The translations under genes were made by a program, and so were the position numbers. Under the pieces are notes generated by a model. It did no database searches. It had not been told where the DNA came from and saw nothing but the letters and a program-made list of their open reading frames with translations. A stretch of DNA of 64,000 bases from Amoebidium appalachense (taxonomy: Eukaryota; Protista; Ichthyosporea). Every line of letters begins with the position of its first letter. Within the stretch, counting starts at the first letter, position 1. The DNA is taken from the NCBI GenBank assembly GCA_963693365.1, contig CAVNZM010000011.1, forward strand, positions 8,770,164 to 8,834,163. The letters are read 5' to 3'. Of the stretch, positions 57,244-64,000 are shown one piece after another.

Positions 57244-57335
57244 TCTCGCGAGGCAATATTATGGTTTTGAGTTTTGGCGCCAAAAAAGCGTGTAGATGAA
57301 TCTGATTGGGTTACATGTTCCTTCATGATTGGCTC
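57244..57335. promoter_or_regulatory. Candidate SPIDR promoter: palindromic E2F-type site with CCAAT boxes
   Basis: TTTTGGCGCCAAAA at 57272-57285; ATTGG at 57305 and 57328; TCTCGCGAG at 57244; ~500 bp upstream of the SPIDR ATG. Confidence 0.5.
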
Positions 57336-57934
57336 ATTTTTTCGATTCAACGTTGATTTTATGTTGGCGCTGTCTTTGAGAATAGCAGGCAGAAGCGTTG
57401 GAAATAATTATACATCCTACGAGACAAAAAAATCTCTATAGTGATGCTAAAATAATAGCTACATGAAGTATTGTCACAGCTGTTGTTATTCGATCTTGCA
57501 CCCCTCCGATCTCGCACCAATTACCAAATTCTTGTTACGTCATCAATCTATTGGGTCAATTTGTGTGGCGAATGATGATCGGCTGCTCTTGGAAATGCCA
57601 AGACAGTCTGCTGATGGTTTTTATAGCTTTATGACAGATATGCCATGGTTTTTCGCTCTAAAAAACAAGTTTGCTTTTCAAACTTTTTTAGATTTTTATT
57701 TTCTGTTTTCATTTTTGGTGCCGCTTTGTAATTCAACAGTGAGCATTGATCTGTCCTTGTCGCACATGTCGCAAGGGATTATTTACACCCTTCTGTTAAA
57801 TATAGATGGCCGTTATGATTGGTTCGTTTCCGGCAGTTATCAACAGGACACGTGGAAATATGGCCCCTCATTCTTTTAGTCTAAAACGTAGCCTCAATCG
57901 CTTGATTCCGCTGGGCACTTGTATTCACTGCCCG

Positions 57935-57977
<43 letters not shown>

Positions 57978-58369
57978 AAACAGGGGGTGGTGTGGGGAAC
58001 AGCTTTCCCCCCTACTGCCTGTGTTTAAAAAAAAAAATTCGCGACATTAAATATGGTAACTCTAAACGAAACTGTCGCGTTTTCTTTATTATACGTTTTT
58101 TTTCGTTAATACACTTTTGACCTCATCCAAAGCTGTATTGTACATGTATGAACCCGCAAGGGACCCGTGTTTCAGATCGATGACGCAAGCTATGACGTAT
58201 TGTCATTTTAGACTATTCGCCAGCTAAAAAAATTCACAAAATCCCTATCCACATGCGCGCTAAATTATAGTCTCAGTTTTCCCCTCCCTCCGTTTCGCCC
58301 TAACACCATTGAGTAGGGTCTAATCTTTCTTTTTTGTTTATAAGTTCTTTGCTTTTTACTAACGTAAAC

Positions 58370-59777
58370 ATGGCTGACTACGTTGTTGCACCCAATGCCG
58401 GCGCTGGCGTGCCCCTTGACCCCAACGCCATGGTGTTCATGCACACGGCCGAGAAGCAGATGGCTCCGGTAAGTTGTCAACTTTTTTTACTGTCGACTTG
58501 TCGTGGTGTGATTCTCGCTTTGTCATCTTTGCTGTTGTGCCTTCTGCCCTCAGCTCTCCCGTCGGCGTGCCTTAAGCTGCTCTGTATATGATAATCCATA
58601 TGTAATAAGTACTTTCTTCTTGTGTGCAGCTACCACACTTTTACTGCAGTGTTTTCCTGTGTGATCTTTCTTCTGTGGTGCTTTTCCAAAAGATTTGGAG
58701 CCATGCTAAACCATGCTCATCCTTCCAACTGATGTATGTGCACGTATCTCACTGCTGCACGGCAACTACCAAATTTACAATCCTTTGCATCTTAGCCACT
58801 TTTTTCTCTTGGCATCCTCTGGAAAATTGGTTGGGATCCACGTTTTCTTGGTCGGTTCTGACACTTGTTCTTGCTTCCATCTGTCTCTGTGCAGCCTTGC
58901 TTTGTCACCTTCTCAAATATACTGATGTTGTTTACATTCTGCTTGACTAGATGCTTGCACTCGATGAGCATCCCCCCGCCCCCCCCCCCCCCAAGCCAGC
59001 ACCCACGCACCCACACTTACACGTGTTGAGTTGCCTACTATTATGCTTGCTTTATCGGTTAGGGTGTTGCCTATGTATAACATTTGCTAACACCTGCTAC
59101 TCGAGCATAGAAGTTGCTTCTTTTTGCCCCTTGGGCACTGTTTCCTTTTCCTCTATCCCTTACCCTCTGCCATCCCTGGTTTTTCTGACAATGCTTGCTT
59201 CGCTCTTCTGCTTGCCCATGCACGCAACAAGGGTGCCTACCTTTGCCTGTTGTTCTTTTTGGATCTTTCGGGCTGATGTTGATACACATTATATTACCAA
59301 CAGACTTTGCCCAAAGCATGTGGGTCGTTTGGCTCACCTTGGTTCTTCATACGAGTATTCGAATGTGATAAGTTGTAATAAGCCTTGCGGCGAGCGTGTA
59401 CAGCAGAAAAAGTGTGCCCCTTGCTCTCCTTATCGCTCTGGCAGCTGACCTCACCTCGATCCCGCAGGGCCCAATGTACATGTACCCCGCCCCTCCCCCC
59501 CAAAGGATGATCCATGCTGCCGCCGCCCCCCCTTGCCGCTTCTTCCAGAGGGGCTTCTGCCGCAACGGGATGATGTGCCGCTTGCCCACATCCCCCCCAC
59601 CCCCCAGCAGCTTGCCGCCATGGCAGCCGGTCAGCCCATGTTTGCTCCCCCTCCGTTCCCAAGGGCACCACCCCTTGCCGCTATTGGCTCCAGGGGACCT
59701 GCCGCTTTGGTGAGAAGTGCCACTTTGCCCACAACCCCGTCCCCGGTGCCCCCATCCCCCCCACCCCCTCTTCTTAA
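58370..59777 (+). CDS. Small Pro-rich protein with two CCCH zinc fingers; two 1-nt frameshifts in this sequence
   Basis: Exon 1 58370-58468 (MADYVV...KQMAP, donor GTAAGT); exon 2 59468-59777 gives CRFFQRGFCRNGMMCR[F]AH and CRYWLQGTCRFGEKCHFAH (C-x7-C-x5-C-x3-H) if single bases are restored near 59583 and 59672. Confidence 0.78.
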
Positions 59778-60709
59778 ACACTCTGCATCACGATGCTGCT
59801 GAGATTCGAGCTATTCCTTCGGCTATGACCAGCACACCTCGACTTTGGAAACGACAATCGCTGCTGGCGGCGACACAGGATGACTGCATCATATTAGGTT
59901 GAGGGACATATGTTCGTTGTGTATTGCACGTAACTGGATTATGGTTTCGGTTGGGAAGGACCTCTTCACAGGATGAAACATGGGCTTATTTAATGTCTAT
60001 TAGCTATCACCTCCCTTCGTATTTGATACTCCTGGGAGCCCCAAAAAAAACAGAAAAATCGTAGAAAACCAAAAAAACGCGAATTTTTGGGACATATTAC
60101 CCCGACAGTTGAATAGGCTTGTGAGCGACATAGTGACCTCAGGAATGTCTTTGGGTCAGTGATCGGCACTTTTTGCTTCAGTAGGTTCCTTTTCTGTGTA
60201 CCCATAGAGCTACTTGTTCTGCAATTCTTCACTTTTTTTGCCCCTCTTGAGGTATATTGGGCATATAGCATAGGCCGTGTGTGCGTTGTGTTGTAGCTGT
60301 CATAACTTGGGAGCTCCACACGCTGATTAGGTTGTTGCGGTGTAGTGGGTGGGTCGAGGGAGAATGAGCGAGTTTATTTTATTTTTTCCGGTTCGTTCGA
60401 CCCCGACCCTACAGATATGTACATAGCTGGTGCTGCTCCAAAGACCACCCCACCGATATTTGTTGGAGTGTGGGGTGGTCGTGGTTGAGGCGTGGATAGC
60501 GACTTGCCATGGTGAGCTTGCTTTTTGTTTTCACACCTTCTGGATTTTGTGTTATTTGTGTTCTTGAGTAAAAGGCGGGCTGGTATCGCATGATATATTG
60601 GGTCTAAATTTCGGTACGAGTGTCTGCTGTTTTGGCAGCAACTTGTGTGGTTGTGCACATAGTTGAGCCCGTGCAACATGGTGTCCACTTGTGCCACCCC
60701 CTCCTCTCC

Positions 60710-60761
<52 letters not shown>

Positions 60762-61196
60762 AAAAAAAAAAAAAACACACACACAAACGTACCACCACCA
60801 CAGCACATACGAGACACCTCGACCGTATCTGCTGGTGTTGGGTGTTGGATGGGATGTGTCTCCGTTCCGAATCATGCTTTGGTATGCCACATTGTGGTAG
60901 GCTGCACTAAAGGTGACACTTGTGTGTTTCTCATATCTTCCCCGCCGAAGTGTGTTATGCAAAATATGCTGTGTTGCCGATAATGGCTGTGGCCGATTGA
61001 GAACGTGCTCTTTCTTAGGGGCATGTAAACCTATCCCAAAACTTCCCTATCTATCCCGACGCTCTATCCTAGATCATATCCCGGATAATCCCAATAAATG
61101 TGCCTAAATATCCTGAGGATCTATCCTGAAGGGCCCTGTCTATCCCGCAATTTATCATTTCTCTCCCGTGGAGGCCTGTTAATAATATGAATAGAA

Positions 61197-61227
<31 letters not shown>

Positions 61228-61961
61228 TATAGTCCATTAGGCACTGTGACCTCAAGATATTGCAGCTTTCCGGCCAGGATATTTTTTTTACACATTTATC
61301 TTGTGATTGATTGGCTTCTTTTTGGCGCCACGTGTTGTAAGTAATAGCAAGCCCATATATTTTGCCGGCCCATGATGATGGGGGGGGCAGCACCGGGCTG
61401 CCGGCGAGGGGCCTGGGGGCAGCGTTGCCTCTCGAATAAGTTATATAAAGATAGTCCTTGGCGCTAATAAGTACTAGTGTAAGCTTATGAATGCAATTAC
61501 TAGCTCTTCTTTTTGAATAAGCCGCCCTTGCCTGCTTATAGGGCGCTGGCCCGGCCTGGCATACACGTAGGGGGTTCTTAAAAGGAAATATATCTTCTTG
61601 GGGGTTTACGCTGTTTACTCGAGGCAAAGAGAACCAGTCTCAGGTATCGTGCCCCCTCCTCTCTACTCTTACTTGAAGCTTGTGTCACGATATAAGATGA
61701 AAATAAAAATCCTAAATACAGAAGATGTCAAAATCCAAAAATGGAGGTCTCAATTTGGAAAATTGTCAAAAATCCGGAAAATCGTCAATTTTGTAATTTT
61801 ATAGATCAGAATTTTGGTACCTACGGAAATCGACGGAACTTTCGCGGTGCTCCAATTTCTGGACTTAATAAAAATCTTCAAAGGAATTTTAATGTAATGA
61901 AGGAAAAGTACTATAGTAATAGTACTCTAAGAGTAGGAAAGAAAAATTGTAAGATAGAAAA

Positions 61962-63645
61962 TAGAGAAAGGATTTGATTTTGGTCCAGAGAAGAGGTAGT
62001 CGTCGGAATTACACATGCGAATAAAGTATCGTAAGATACTGTGAACGGGTGAGTAAGGTATAGGAATCTACCCTGTGTTACATTAATGGATACAGGATGA
62101 GCCTATATTGTATTAGCTAGTTGGTAGGGTAATGGCCTACCAAGGCAATGATGCATAGCCAGATTGGAAGATCGTTTGGCCACATGGGAACTGAGACAAG
62201 GACCCAGGTTCGTAAAGAATGCAGCAGTGAGGAATGTTGGGCAATTAGCGAGAGCTAGACCCAGTCTTGACGAGTGGAGGAAGAAGGCTATAAGTCGTAA
62301 ACTCTAATAGCCTTGGTAAGAATGATACCAAGGTGGAAAAAGGCTGACAAAGATCTGTGCCAGCAGTCGCGGGAATACAGGCAGCTTAAATCTATCTCAG
62401 TATGAATAGGCGTAAAGGGTGCGTAGACGGTTAAAGAATCACGAACAGCAGATGAAAGATTCTGGGGTTCGTCGAGTATTGACTAGAGTTAGAAAGAGGA
62501 TAATGGAATTTCCAGTGTAGGGATAAAATCTGTTAATATTGGAAGGAACACCAAAGGCGAAGGCAATTATCTGGTTCTATACTGACGTTGAGGCACGAAG
62601 GCTCAGGGAGAAAAGGGAATTAGATACTCCTGTATTCTGAGCTGTAAACGATGAACGTTCCAATTTGGAGGAATTCAGATTGTGAGAGAACTCATTAAAC
62701 GTTCCGCCTGAAGAGTACAAGTGCAAACTCGAAACTCAAAAAAATTGCGGGTTGGTTTTTCAATCAGTGGATCATGTGGTTTAATTCGACGGTACGCGCG
62801 AAACCTTACCAAGTCTTGCATCTTGAAGTCCAACTTCTTGACAAGTGTTGCATGGCTGCTTTCAGTTCGTGCTTTGAGGTGTTTGGTTAATTCCCTTTAA
62901 CGAACGCAACCCCGGATCTAACTATGAGTTACTCGACAGAGTAAGTGGCTAGAAATAGTCCTCACTCAATTAGATCACAACTCGTTTTCATTATGTTACG
63001 AGAGGTAGCAAGGGATAACAGCAAGTTGCATGGCCTTTATGACTTGGGCTACACACGTGATACAATGGTTACTACAATCTGAAGCTTTCTCGTGAGAGAT
63101 AAGCCAAGAAGTAAACGTAATCATAGTACGGATTTAAGTCTGAAACTCGACTTAATGAAGCAGGAATTGACAGTAATCGGAGAGTAGACGCGTTCCGGTG
63201 AAGAGCATCCAAACCAAACGACAAACCGCTCGAATGGGCCTTGTAAGATTTTTTCCTTACATTGCAGTTGGCTATATGCTAGAAACTATCGTTGCATTCA
63301 TGTATGCATAAGTGTTATCTACTCTGGTTGTATCTAAGAGTTACAATGATGTACACGAGGTACAATTAGCAGGAAACCCACAGTTATAATATAACTTACT
63401 AGGATCCTCAGAGACTACACGCCAACCATCTTATATTAACGAGATGAAGATATAGTCCATAGTAAATTAGTAAAGGTCTAACTATTAGTTTACTAGCGTC
63501 AAGCTGAGAAAGGGTTAGTTCGATGAAGACAATCCATGTTAAAGTTTCATACCTGAGGCTTTGATATTGATTGGTTAGTCTGACGACCTAATTTTGGTTA
63601 AGTCGAAACAAGGTAACGGCATCGGAAGCTGCCGTTGGCTGAAAT
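61962..63645 (+). rRNA. rns: Mitochondrial-type SSU rRNA (rns), probably a NUMT, split by a group I intron
   Basis: Divergent universal motifs in order: GATTTGATTTTGGTCCAG, ACACATGC, GCAGCAGTGAGGAAT, GTGCCAGCAGTCGCGG, ATTAGATAC, AAACTCAAA, GCTACACACGTG, AGTCGAAACAAGGTA; AT-rich with shortened helices. Confidence 0.92.
63231..63496 (+). ncRNA. Group I intron (266 nt, no ORF) in rns at approximately E. coli position 1403
   Basis: Removal restores ACAAACCGCT|CGTCA; upstream exon ends in U and intron ends in G; P1 GCU|C-GAAU-GGGC places a U.G pair at the splice site; core motifs AATTAGCAGG (Q), TCAGAGACTACA (R) and AAGATATAGTCC (S). Confidence 0.88.
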
Positions 63646-63758
63646 GTATGAATGTATTTAGAACCGCAACTAAATCCTCATACTTACCACTCTCTCTGTG
63701 GTTGTACTTTGTTATTTTGTACCTAGTCGTCACAATAACAAAGTTGTACTCTTATCAG

Positions 63759-63841
63759 AATATCGTTCGCCTACGCTGAAGGTCCCGAGCGAGTACGATA
63801 TTAAAATATCGTTCGCTGAAAGTCCCGAGCGAGTACGATAT
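63759..63841. repeat. Two tandem hairpin-forming units downstream of rns
   Basis: ATATCGTTCGC..TGAA(G/A)GTCCCGAGCGAGTACGATAT occurs twice; each unit is self-complementary at its ends. Confidence 0.75.
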
Positions 63842-63920
63842 CAGAATAACAAAATCACCAATAACACATCATTACGCATGATCAATAGGAGGAAGAGTCC
63901 TTGAGGCTAACCCTAACAGA

Positions 63921-64000
63921 CGTAAAGGGTGCGTAGACGCGTTTAATAATCTCTACCCGAATCTTGCTGATGTGAGTAGAGTATTGACTAGAGTTAGAAA
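63921..64000 (+). rRNA. rns: Start of a second, divergent internal rns fragment (runs off the window)
   Basis: CGTAAAGGGTGCGTAGACG and GAGTATTGACTAGAGTTAGAAA are identical to the flanks at 62411-62495, but the intervening sequence differs. Confidence 0.75.

Noticed and set aside
57463-57879. 138-aa ORF between SPIDR and the CCCH gene
   Set aside because: No motifs or splice support; AT-rich intergenic composition.
61962-63645. Bacterial 16S rRNA contaminant
   Set aside because: Universal motifs are degenerate, helices are shortened and AT-rich, there is no anti-Shine-Dalgarno tail, and a group I intron is present; mitochondrial origin fits better.

Overview
Eukaryotic nuclear DNA, intron-rich and dense in (CA)n/(GT)n microsatellites and poly-C/poly-G runs; most ORFs in the supplied track are repeat artefacts. 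An animal-like intronless tRNA-Trp together with a long, bacteria-like mitochondrial SSU rRNA suggests a non-metazoan holozoan (inference). By tracing GT/GC-AG junctions and intron phases by hand I reconstructed: a tandem-SH3 gene (-), an intron-containing GyrI-like gene plus a decayed tandem paralogue (-), an unknown 572-aa gene (+), a proteinase-K-type subtilase with a C-terminal CBM-like domain (+), a type II membrane EGF-repeat gene with an in-frame TGA (-), a SPIDR homologue of at least 27 exons (-) hosting an intronic tRNA-Trp and TTAA-flanked MITEs, a small tandem-CCCH zinc-finger gene (+), and a mitochondrial rns segment (probable NUMT) with a group I intron. The most unusual signal is an intron architecture in which poly-C follows many 5' splice sites and (CA)n, (CCCA)n or poly-A replaces the U-rich polypyrimidine tract at many 3' splice sites. 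All family assignments come from remembered motifs; no database search was run.
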